Virus record (IMG/VR): IMGVR_UViG_3300042397_003635
Origin: a virus
Lineage: Duplodnaviria; Caudoviricetes
DNA length: 64,000 nt
Reading direction: 5' to 3' (one strand)
The notes under the pieces were generated by a model that was not told the origin of the DNA, searched no databases, and worked only from the letters and a program-made list of their open reading frames with translations. The translations under genes and the position numbers were made by a program. Below, piece by piece: positions 56,701 through 64,000 of this stretch. Each line of letters begins with the position of its first letter. Position 1 is the first letter of the stretch.

Positions 56701-57972
56701 AAAAGCCATGTTAAACAGGAGCAAATTACTAGAGACTACACGAAAAAAGCTCTAAAGCGAAAGGGCGGATCATTTGATAAATTATCATTCGATAGCGAGG
56801 CAGATTACATGGATAGTAAAATGACAATAAAGGAAAATAAAGTAAGTCAATTTATCTATGATGCGGAAGTGCGTAAACGTGAAAGAATTTCCGAGATATT
56901 AGGTCAAACTATATTGGGATTAACCAAAGATATTCAAAAAAATTTAGGACAAATTACCCAAATTGTTAAGCCTAAATGCTGCCCAGATCAATTAGAACTG
57001 CCTCAATTTATAGACCCATTGGTGTTAGCGTTAGTTATGTCATTTAAGCAGCTTGCTCATACTGCAATTGATGCATTAACTACTGGAATATTAGGTCAAA
57101 TTTTTGGTCAAGTTTTTCAATTAACAAAAGATACAGTTAAAGCTGTTGTTGATCTAGTAGCAAAAAACATTCCAGATATAGATCTACCACTAAATGGTGC
57201 AGCCTTTATTAAATTAATCATAAACGCCCTTAAACCGTTTTTACCTTTACTTAGAATTCCATTAGGGCCTCTTCCTAGAACACTTGGAGTTCCTCAGCTA
57301 ACCCTTAACCTAGATTCAATTGTTAAACCTCTACTCAAAAGTGCAATCCAAATTTTATTAGACAAGCTACTAAGCTATTTTCCATTTAAAGTTTGTGATT
57401 TACCGTTTACCACAATTTCATCAAATATACTTAACGCAATTGTTAGAGGAATAAAGTCTGCCCTTAAACGAGCTATTATGGAATTAATTTCAGTAATATT
57501 AGATCCACTTCAATCAATATTTAAACTTTTAAATTTAATAAAAAGTGTTAAAGGTGCATTTACTTCACTATTTGATATGACCAATCCATTTCTTAAAATT
57601 TATAAAATGATTAAAGAAATGTTAGAAAGAGAACTGCCAACCGCCGCGTTTATTAAATCAATAAACTCTCTATTACTATTAGCACAATTAGAAGCACTTA
57701 AAGTTTTAGATAAAGCTTCTAAAAATTTACCAGATATTGCTGTGTATCTTCCAATTGCAGCGGGGTCTTCATTGGGGCTTGGTCCAATCCTAAGGTCAGC
57801 AGTCCACCCCATTCTAAATCAAGATGACCTTCCTACTTGGGATAGACTTAGTCTAAAGAATCCATTATACGTAATGTTTTTAGATGATTTAGCACATAAA
57901 GCAAAAGCCTCAACTGGTTCAATTCTGGGACAAGATTTTCTTGGTACACCAGTCTATATTCCGACACCTTAA
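53731..57972 (+). CDS. Large hypothetical protein
   Basis: 1413 aa, TTG start; coiled-coil regions, a central Pro/Trp/Cys-rich segment and amphipathic helical C-terminus; no family recognised. Confidence 0.7.
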   Translation: MSEIDSLIEQIKCELRENPFFSEGDLAALDACLPSSDELENAQIEAIEEIVAENPCAKKSIDAINSELEKNDAKLKAAVKAKYVISRLQELRDLLYPAEYFYKTRSEFFNKIIKDLDNRFTVAGANYNTEFTNILNKYELNSYKFNAVATTTTISAIDQLNKDIKSQIEDYFSKRTFAVTNTDPIKYSYNSDNPTFSISLPGKDGFSIKSSENQKTGKVDSFGNSETKQVEVNVKILPEDSIYETKDKVFQKRTLNLVNISSQRYTDKSATDSLYPFSGHLANFYKKIEDPLTLFTLEEKGLTTDSVKTDKNLTKEKLDGIVKEQRADGREEQFYIENTETYQKFYENLEPKIEERIEAERTKFRKGLIETGKLIKLSNLAKKQVFDLVNNSQLISTPTEKLIVNGKEIKPSEYGQQIRDKIQKSADEISKLVKDIEARIAAIKKANTPNPDDLASALSATGCLPPTEPPCKSLPKAGSDPLGYKSMTIPATMAQPDYTCNCYWKEVTKHLNKLNLLPIPDIMRLPALRYWPVGILIPLPVPIRIPLPQIWKHIITLNLPFGTLVVWYIQCGIVPSPIVMYIGPDGKKIILLGFRALQGQFDPVGYTINESPKQPAPLGVTLSEIGKPTGTSIKTLTFGTILPDSVMEKTAKVIAKAQVITELVTEGRLMPNGFNIPFKLGEKPNFNTGDADLLSQVADGVEDFQLFVENLSRRICRKIDEIGDIDLPNFTLALVDAEQAAKDRAQILSGLPYNFDSAWLNCDPANLSNNIPADVITSANTDAGTQCKEVILSLSLDLDSFLDKLKLGTYKFPKKKGKQIKPQAFLDEIVDNLIEYLSDTNFGKSRNINLNKRFRKAMQDLDLDAEIDAIQASVDLSKNEDLIAFKKTLKKYVDEICDVMSGKNIKVDKTKPAFKRRVNNERKRRIRFNLINGINIKDMVGSTPNKDDKDLLIDMFKQQIAKSNIDPTAITDSELFNIIETSPKINDDYKKSHVKQEQITRDYTKKALKRKGGSFDKLSFDSEADYMDSKMTIKENKVSQFIYDAEVRKRERISEILGQTILGLTKDIQKNLGQITQIVKPKCCPDQLELPQFIDPLVLALVMSFKQLAHTAIDALTTGILGQIFGQVFQLTKDTVKAVVDLVAKNIPDIDLPLNGAAFIKLIINALKPFLPLLRIPLGPLPRTLGVPQLTLNLDSIVKPLLKSAIQILLDKLLSYFPFKVCDLPFTTISSNILNAIVRGIKSALKRAIMELISVILDPLQSIFKLLNLIKSVKGAFTSLFDMTNPFLKIYKMIKEMLERELPTAAFIKSINSLLLLAQLEALKVLDKASKNLPDIAVYLPIAAGSSLGLGPILRSAVHPILNQDDLPTWDRLSLKNPLYVMFLDDLAHKAKASTGSILGQDFLGTPVYIPTP

Positions 57973-57974
57973 TT

Positions 57975-58002
57975 AAAACTACTAGTACTTTATCGGTATA
58001 AT
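57975..58002 (+). promoter_or_regulatory. Candidate promoter AAAAC-N16-GTATAAT
   Basis: Intergenic, 26 nt upstream of the S1-like gene ATG. Confidence 0.6.
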
Positions 58003-58028
58003 ATTTTAGATTATTCAAATTTAAAAAT

Positions 58029-59207
58029 ATGACTTATACCAACGAAGAACTTGAATTTATTTTTGCACAAGGAAACGCGAAAGTAAACAAAGCTGTTAAA
58101 TTGACTGCTGCTGATAAAAAAGCCGGTGTTAAAATTTTCTGTAAAGAACCGTACGCTCAAGAGATGTACGATCGTTATTTTAGCTCTGAAGCAGGCCATC
58201 CAATGCCAGCTGGAAATAAAGATATTCCAGTAGGAGAAATTAGAACTGTTAGCATTAAGAAAATTGACTTTGCAATGTCAATGGTAGAAATGGAAGATGC
58301 GTCAACTATGACAAGTATCTTTGTTCCATTTAGAGAATTTTCACAAGAACCTTCTTTAAGTCTTTTAAATGAAGATAAAGATCGTAAATACAAAGTTATG
58401 ATCTATAAATCAAATATGAGCGAGATTCTAGGTTCAGAAAAACGTTGTGCTGCTCTTACTCTTAGAGAAGACGTTGAATACTTTGCTAAAAATAATAAGT
58501 GGTTCTACGTTAAAGTGGTTGAACTTATTAAAGGCGGTTACCTTGCAATCTATAAAAACCAAATCAAATGTTTCCTTCCAGGATCTCATGCTGCAGCAAA
58601 CGTAATTAGAGACTTCTCTGAATACTTGCACAAAGAAATTCCAGTTATGGTTGAAAACTTTGATTCAGTTAATAACTTATTCATTGTTTCATACAAGAAA
58701 TACATTAAGGAAACTCTTCCTCAAAAAGTATCTGATCTTTCATTTGGTCAGAAATATACAGGGACTCTTACCAATAATCCATATGATTTTGGAGTCTTTG
58801 TTGAATTCCAAAACTACTATACCGGACTTATACACAAGTCAGATTTTGAAAATGACGCTGCCTTTAGAGAATTTAGTAAAGGCTTACGTTCAGGCGATCA
58901 AATTGACTTCTGGGTTAAAGACGTTGTACAGAAGAAAGGAGATTATCGAATTATACTTACAGTAAATCCGGAATCAATCGATCCAGTTAAGAAAAGCTGG
59001 CAAAGCCTTAAAGATGGCATCGAGGGTCAAACATTAGATTACTCTTATGAAAAGGGTTCTATGAAAATGACTCTACCTGATGAACAAACCATCTCTGTTT
59101 CAGTTTCATCTCAAGTAATGCAAGGTCATTCAGCCGAAGGCCAGGTATTAATTCAAAAAGTTGATGTCTTGAAGCAAAATTTAGGGTTCGAGATACTAGG
59201 TAATTAA
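58029..59207 (+). CDS. rpsA: Ribosomal protein S1 homolog (about three S1 domains, truncated)
   Basis: D2-like VKVVELIKGGYLAIYKNQIKCFLPGSH...IVSYKKYI; D3-like GQKYTGTLTNNPYDFGVFVEF...GLIHKSDF...SGDQIDFWVKDV; degenerate D1 upstream. Confidence 0.8.
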   Translation: MTYTNEELEFIFAQGNAKVNKAVKLTAADKKAGVKIFCKEPYAQEMYDRYFSSEAGHPMPAGNKDIPVGEIRTVSIKKIDFAMSMVEMEDASTMTSIFVPFREFSQEPSLSLLNEDKDRKYKVMIYKSNMSEILGSEKRCAALTLREDVEYFAKNNKWFYVKVVELIKGGYLAIYKNQIKCFLPGSHAAANVIRDFSEYLHKEIPVMVENFDSVNNLFIVSYKKYIKETLPQKVSDLSFGQKYTGTLTNNPYDFGVFVEFQNYYTGLIHKSDFENDAAFREFSKGLRSGDQIDFWVKDVVQKKGDYRIILTVNPESIDPVKKSWQSLKDGIEGQTLDYSYEKGSMKMTLPDEQTISVSVSSQVMQGHSAEGQVLIQKVDVLKQNLGFEILGN

Positions 59208-59216
59208 GTATATTAA

Positions 59217-59224
59217 GATAAATA
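59217..59224 (+). promoter_or_regulatory. Late-like promoter box GATAAATA
   Basis: 7 nt upstream of small ORF 59232. Confidence 0.4.
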
Positions 59225-59231
59225 TCTTTAT

Positions 59232-59372
59232 ATGACACACGGCAAAATTACACCAGATGTTACGTTGAAAGCACGTCAAATTACAGAGAATAGCGCAGCT
59301 TATCACAAATCAACATCCATTTTTAAAGCCCAACCGAGTCAAACTTTATTCACCTTTAAAAAATTAAATTAA
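59232..59372 (+). CDS. 46-aa basic small ORF (missed by ORF track)
   Basis: [46 protein letters not shown]; fills the gap and ends 5 nt before nrdB. Confidence 0.45.
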   Translation: MTHGKITPDVTLKARQITENSAAYHKSTSIFKAQPSQTLFTFKKLN

Positions 59373-59377
59373 AAAAA

Positions 59378-60340
59378 ATGGAACCGATTCTAACTGAGAA
59401 TCCGAACAGGTTTGTCATCTTCCCTATCCAGCACCATGACCTTTGGGACTTCTACAAAAAGTCTGAAGCGTCTTTCTGGACAGCAGAAGAAATTGACTTA
59501 GCCGCGGATCTAACTGACTGGAGAACTAAACTTAACGACGAAGAGCGTTATTTTATTAAAAATGTTTTAGCTTTCTTTGCCGCATCTGACGGTATTGTAA
59601 ATGAGAACTTGGCTGAGAATTTTGTGAGAGAGGTACAATACCCTGAAGCTAAATTTTTCTATGGCTTTCAAATTATGATGGAGAATATCCATTCTGAAAC
59701 ATATTCTCTTCTTATTGATACTTATATTAATGATGAAGAAGAAAAAGCAAAATTATTTAACGCAATTGATACAATCGATGCAGTTAAGAAAAAAGCGCAA
59801 TGGGCGCTAAAATGGATTAAGAGCGATTCTTTTGCAGAGCGCCTAATTGCATTTGCCGCAGTTGAAGGTATTTTCTTTTCTGGTTCTTTTTGTTCAATCT
59901 TTTGGTTAAAGAAACGTGGTCTGATGCCAGGTCTAAGCTTCTCAAATGAACTTATTTCAAGAGATGAAGGTATGCATACAGACTTTGCCGTACACTTACA
60001 TAATAATCATATTGTAAATAAAGTTTCTGAAGCAAAAATTAAAGAAATTATTCTTTCTGCTTTGGAAATCGAAAAAGAATTCATTACTGAGTCTCTTCCA
60101 GTTAGACTCATCGGTATGAATGCTGATCTAATGAAGCAGTATCTAGAATTTGTTACTGATAGATTGCTTCTTGACTTAGGTTGCAGTAAAGAGTTTAATG
60201 TTCAAAATCCATTTGACTTTATGACTAATATTGCACTTAAAGGAAAAACTAACTTCTTTGAAAAAAGAGTTGGTGAATACCAAAAGGCCGGCGTAAAATC
60301 TGCAATTGTGCAAGATTTTTCTACCGATGAAGATTTTTAA
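59378..60340 (+). CDS. nrdB: Class Ia ribonucleotide reductase, beta subunit
   Basis: [61 protein letters not shown]. Confidence 0.97.
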   Translation: MEPILTENPNRFVIFPIQHHDLWDFYKKSEASFWTAEEIDLAADLTDWRTKLNDEERYFIKNVLAFFAASDGIVNENLAENFVREVQYPEAKFFYGFQIMMENIHSETYSLLIDTYINDEEEKAKLFNAIDTIDAVKKKAQWALKWIKSDSFAERLIAFAAVEGIFFSGSFCSIFWLKKRGLMPGLSFSNELISRDEGMHTDFAVHLHNNHIVNKVSEAKIKEIILSALEIEKEFITESLPVRLIGMNADLMKQYLEFVTDRLLLDLGCSKEFNVQNPFDFMTNIALKGKTNFFEKRVGEYQKAGVKSAIVQDFSTDEDF

Positions 60341-60358
60341 AAAATAGAGACACAAAAA

Positions 60359-62767
60359 ATGAAGGTTACAAAAAGAGATGGCTCGTTAGAGACACTAAAA
60401 CTAGATAAGATCACCAACCGTATTAAAAAACAAACGTACGGTTTAAATTTAGATTTCGTAGATGCCCTAGAAGTTGCAACTAAAGTTGTAGCTGGTATCT
60501 ATGATGGAATTACTACAGTTGAACTGGATAATTTAGCAGCTGAAACATCAGCTTCTTTAAATCACGTACATCCAGATTATTCATATCTTGCCGCTAGAGT
60601 CGCAATTACCCGATTGCACAAAACAGTTAGCAAGAAATTTTCAGAAGTAATTGAGGCTTTATACTCATACACTGATCCAAAAACTGGTCTTCCAGCTGGA
60701 TTAATTAATGATGATGTAATTAAAGCAGTTCGCAAACACGCAGATATTTTAAATGAATCTATCTTACACGATAGAGATTTTAATTTTGATTACTTTGGAT
60801 TTAAGACTCTAGAAAAGAGTTACCTACTTAAGATTAATGGTCAAACTGCCGAAGCTCCTCAACATATGTACATGAGAGTTGCAGTTGGTATTTGGGGAGA
60901 TGATATTCAAAATGTTCTAAAGACGTACGAACTATTATCTACTCATAAAATGACCCATGCTACTCCTACTCTATTTAATGCTGGAACAAAAAGACCTCAA
61001 TTATCTTCTTGTTTCTTATTAACTATGCAGGAAGATTCTATTCAAGGAATTTACAAAACTCTTTCTGATGTTGCAGCAATTTCACAAAACGCAGGCGGTA
61101 TTGGATTAGCGATTCATAATATTAGAGCAACGGGTTCTTATATTAAAGGAACCAACGGTACTTCTAATGGAATTGTTCCAATGCTTAAAGTATTTAACGA
61201 AACTGCTAGATACGTTGATCAAGGTGGTGGAAAACGCAAAGGTTCATTCGCAATTTATCTTGAACCTTGGCACGCTGACGTTGAAGATTGGTTAGACCTT
61301 CGTAAAAACCATGGTAAAGAAGAGCGCAGAGCTAGAGATCTTTTCTTAGCTCTATGGACTCCAGATTTATTTATGGAAAGAGTTGAAGCCGATGCAGATT
61401 GGACTCTATTTTGTCCGGCCGAAATTGGTGTTGAACTTTGGGAAATGCATGGTCAAGAATTTAGAGATAATTACGAAAGACTTGAACGTGAAGGTAAAGG
61501 TCGCCGTACAATAAAAGCAAGAGCTCTTTGGCAAAAAGTATTAGAATCTCAAATTGAAACCGGAACACCTTATATTCTTTATAAAGATGCGGCCAATGAG
61601 AAATCTAACCAAAAAAATCTAGGTACAATTAAGTCTTCTAACTTATGCACTGAGATTATGGAATACACAAGCAAAGACGAACAGGCTGTTTGTAACTTAG
61701 CGTCAATCGCAGTTAATCAATTTATTAAGTTTCCAGAAAAGAGATCTTTAAAACAGCGTAGAGCCCATGCGGAATATGATCACCAAGCCCTATACGATGT
61801 TACATATCAAACTACCTTAAATCTTAATAAAGTAATTGATATTAATTTCTATCCAACTCCAGAGACTAAAGCTTCTAATATGAAGCATCGTCCAATTGGA
61901 ATCGGTATTCAAGGAATGGCAGATACTTTTGCAATTTTAGGTTTACCTTTTACATCAGATGAAGCTAAGAAATTAAATGAAGATATTTTTGAAACAATTT
62001 ATTTTGCTTCAATGAAAGCTTCAGCTGATCTTTCTAAAAAACTTGGAGCGTACGAATCATTTGAAGGAAGCCCATTAAGTGAAGGTAAATTCCAATTTAA
62101 TCTTTGGGGTTTCGAAGATTCTCAACTTTCAGGCAGATGGGATTGGTCAGCACTTAGAAAACAAGTTATGAAAACTGGTGCTCGTAATTCTTTATTGTTA
62201 GCTCCAATGCCGACTGCATCAACCGCTCAAATCATGGGTAATAATGAAGCGTTTGAAGCATTTACCTCAAACTTGTATACTAGAAGAACGCTTTCTGGAG
62301 AATTTGTTATTGTTAACAAACATCTAGTAAGAGACCTAGTTGAATTAGACCTATGGTCAGATAATTTAAAAAATAAAATTATTACTGAAAAGGGATCAAT
62401 TCAAAATATTGCAGAAATCCCAGTTGAAATTAGAGAAATCTATAAAACTGTATGGGAACTAAAGCAAAGAGAAGTAATTGATATGTCAGCAGATCGTGGT
62501 AAATTTATTTGTCAATCACAATCGCTTAACCTTTTTATTAAGGATGCAAATGCTGCAAAATTAACTTCTGCCCATTTCCATTCTTGGAGAAAGGGCCTTA
62601 AAACTGGAATGTATTATTTAAGAACAGAATCTGCAGTTGATGCTATTGCTGGCCTTGGAGTAGACTCTGCTGCACTAAAGCAGTCAACGCTGTCTGCTGA
62701 ACAAATCCAAAGTGATCTAGTTTGTTCGCTTGATAATCCAGACGATTGTATTGCCTGTTCTTCTTAA
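60359..62767 (+). CDS. nrdA: Class Ia ribonucleotide reductase, alpha subunit with N-terminal ATP-cone
   Basis: VTKRDG ATP-cone, HATPTLFNAG, QLSSCF, GGGKRKG, SSNLCTEI, VCNLAS, APMPTAST, GLKTGMYYLR, C-terminal CIAC; uninterrupted. Confidence 0.97.
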   Translation: MKVTKRDGSLETLKLDKITNRIKKQTYGLNLDFVDALEVATKVVAGIYDGITTVELDNLAAETSASLNHVHPDYSYLAARVAITRLHKTVSKKFSEVIEALYSYTDPKTGLPAGLINDDVIKAVRKHADILNESILHDRDFNFDYFGFKTLEKSYLLKINGQTAEAPQHMYMRVAVGIWGDDIQNVLKTYELLSTHKMTHATPTLFNAGTKRPQLSSCFLLTMQEDSIQGIYKTLSDVAAISQNAGGIGLAIHNIRATGSYIKGTNGTSNGIVPMLKVFNETARYVDQGGGKRKGSFAIYLEPWHADVEDWLDLRKNHGKEERRARDLFLALWTPDLFMERVEADADWTLFCPAEIGVELWEMHGQEFRDNYERLEREGKGRRTIKARALWQKVLESQIETGTPYILYKDAANEKSNQKNLGTIKSSNLCTEIMEYTSKDEQAVCNLASIAVNQFIKFPEKRSLKQRRAHAEYDHQALYDVTYQTTLNLNKVIDINFYPTPETKASNMKHRPIGIGIQGMADTFAILGLPFTSDEAKKLNEDIFETIYFASMKASADLSKKLGAYESFEGSPLSEGKFQFNLWGFEDSQLSGRWDWSALRKQVMKTGARNSLLLAPMPTASTAQIMGNNEAFEAFTSNLYTRRTLSGEFVIVNKHLVRDLVELDLWSDNLKNKIITEKGSIQNIAEIPVEIREIYKTVWELKQREVIDMSADRGKFICQSQSLNLFIKDANAAKLTSAHFHSWRKGLKTGMYYLRTESAVDAIAGLGVDSAALKQSTLSAEQIQSDLVCSLDNPDDCIACSS

Positions 62768-62773
62768 TAAATA
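62766..62773 (+). promoter_or_regulatory. Late-like promoter box AATAAATA
   Basis: Upstream of ATG 62792. Confidence 0.5.
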
Positions 62774-62791
62774 GAATAAAGACCAATTATT

Positions 62792-63226
62792 ATGCTTAAG
62801 AACTTTACTTCCTGGTTAACTGAACAAGCCGATCCAATGGCACCAGATGCAGCAATGCCTGTTCCGGGTGAAGCCGGAGCCCCAGCTGCAGCACCGGGTG
62901 AAAAGTCTCAAATTAGAGCAATTTTAATATCTAATCCAATTGGATCAGTCGATAAACCTGGCGACATGACAACTAAACAATATAATGAATATGTTTTAGA
63001 CATGGACCGAGTTAAAGAATGGATTGAAAAGAATGCAAAAGATTCTTCTCAAGATATATTAGACTATTTAAACGGAAAGGACGTTGATATTAAAGATTCA
63101 CATAAGAAATTTACAGCAGCGGTTCAAGCAAATGAGTTTGGAAAACCTCAAACTGTAATTGATGTAGATTTTACAAAAGATGGAGAACCAACAACAAAAG
63201 ATATTAATTTAATATTTTTAGCATAA
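62792..63226 (+). CDS. Hypothetical protein, possibly a head-internal protein
   Basis: N-terminus MLKNFTSWLTEQ followed by a Pro/Ala linker; late box upstream. Confidence 0.55.
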   Translation: MLKNFTSWLTEQADPMAPDAAMPVPGEAGAPAAAPGEKSQIRAILISNPIGSVDKPGDMTTKQYNEYVLDMDRVKEWIEKNAKDSSQDILDYLNGKDVDIKDSHKKFTAAVQANEFGKPQTVIDVDFTKDGEPTTKDINLIFLA

Positions 63227-63888
63227 TGGAGCTTAGTGAAATTTCTCAAAATGTAACGGACGATATCCTTCGATTAATTCAGAAAAATTCTGGAAAGATC
63301 GGAAGATATCGTTCTTTTACTTTAGAATATACTAAGCCTCTTTATTTTGAGTTAACTGTAAATATTAAAGTTACCGAAACTCTATTTGGATCAAGAGATT
63401 TATATTTTAAGAATATTCCATCTGAGGTTTTAAAATTTGAAAGATTTGGCCATGCAATAGACGGGGACTCCTTTGGTGGAGACTCAGAAGATGGGGCCGA
63501 AATTGAAATTTCAGTTGCAGTTGATCCAACTCAAATAACTTCACAAAAATTAAAGTCTAGACTACTTGATGTAGTTAGACATGAAATTGAACATATTGTT
63601 CAGCGAGGCCCAAATTTTTCAGCTGACCATAAAGTTAAAATACCTAGACCAATTACTAGAGAATCTGCAAAGTCAGATTATCGCTATTTTATCTTAAGCG
63701 ATGAAATACCTGCACAAGTTAGAGGACTTGCTGAAGAAGCTCAGCACTCTGGCCAAACAGTTAAAGAATGTGCAATTGAATACTTAACCCCATTCCTAGA
63801 ACTAGGATTTATTACCCAGGAGCAAATCAATATTGTTCTCACCACCTGGAAAAACTGGGCAATCCAACATAATATTAAATTCGAGTAA
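63226..63888 (+). CDS. Putative zinc metallopeptidase (HEXXH)
   Basis: VVRHEIEHIVQ plus downstream YFILSDEIPAQ as a possible third ligand. Confidence 0.55.
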   Translation: MELSEISQNVTDDILRLIQKNSGKIGRYRSFTLEYTKPLYFELTVNIKVTETLFGSRDLYFKNIPSEVLKFERFGHAIDGDSFGGDSEDGAEIEISVAVDPTQITSQKLKSRLLDVVRHEIEHIVQRGPNFSADHKVKIPRPITRESAKSDYRYFILSDEIPAQVRGLAEEAQHSGQTVKECAIEYLTPFLELGFITQEQINIVLTTWKNWAIQHNIKFE

Positions 63889-63914
63889 AACTTTGGCAGT
63901 TTATTGGGTAAAAT
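63887..63914 (+). promoter_or_regulatory. Candidate promoter AAAAC-N16-GTAAAAT
   Basis: Upstream of ATG 63947. Confidence 0.55.
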
Positions 63915-63946
63915 ATCTATAATAAACTTAAAAAACCAAAGTAACA

Positions 63947-64000
63947 ATGGATTTATTCAATTTAAACACCGACGACTTTACCGCGCCAAAAGCAGGCACC
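63947..64000 (+). CDS. 5' end of a gene truncated by the window edge
   Basis: ATG GAT TTA TTC... = MDLFNLNTDDFTAPKAGT; A-rich leader and promoter motif upstream. Confidence 0.5.
   Translation, partial: MDLFNLNTDDFTAPKAGT

Noticed and set aside
59378-62767. Giant eukaryotic virus (NCLDV) or bacterial chromosome origin, suggested by eukaryote-like NrdAB and GroEL
   Set aside because: The gp55-like sigma, T4-type late boxes, gp14-like neck, S74 tail fibres and tight operonic overlaps indicate a tailed bacteriophage
2545-63947. Short alternate-frame or antisense ORFs in the track (e.g. 2545..2745, 6007..6201, 6020..6259, 7479..7664, 7839..8132, 14677..14961, 25736..26008, 29463..29783, 44048..44437, 56085..56624, 58651..58965, 63741..63947)
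   Set aside because: All lie inside longer, well-supported genes, have atypical composition and lack promoter or leader context; they are shadow ORFs
1-64000. Stop-codon reassignment (code 15 or 4), as known in some large phages
   Set aside because: Conserved genes (groEL, nrdA, nrdB) are full length under code 11, coding density is high, and TAG/TGA serve as real stops (e.g. 1455, 4707)
1-64000. tRNA, rRNA or tmRNA genes
   Set aside because: Intergenic gaps are short and I saw no cloverleaf or T-loop (GTTCRA) signature in non-coding context; tRNAscan-SE/Aragorn would confirm

Overview
This AT-rich, gene-dense 64-kb window is part of a large (jumbo/huge) tailed phage genome with T4-superfamily features. 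Standard code 11 gives long intact ORFs. I see no tRNA, rRNA, CRISPR array, integrase, transposase or reverse transcriptase. Positions 1-51.1 kb lie almost entirely on the minus strand and form a virion/tail morphogenesis region. It holds three LamG lectin-like paralogs, a Cys-rich protein ending in a Hint domain, and two ~1,750-aa tail fibres with peptidase-S74 chaperones. It also holds a gp14-like neck protein, very large putative baseplate proteins, an adhesin with TSP1/FN3/Ig/ASH-like domains, a gp55-like late sigma factor and a RuvC-like resolvase. After a divergent intergenic region (51095-51322) the plus strand carries a PolB-type 3'-5' exonuclease, GroEL, a 1413-aa unknown protein, a truncated ribosomal protein S1 homolog, nrdB, nrdA and a HEXXH protein. 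Two recurring upstream motifs are visible by eye: a T4-late-like DATAAATA box before 13 genes, and a distinct AAAC-N16-GTAWAA motif before groEL, the S1 homolog and others. Start codons lack Shine-Dalgarno sequences and have A-rich leaders. Together with the exonuclease and NrdAB types, this suggests a Bacteroidota host (inference). All family assignments come from motif recognition, not database searches.
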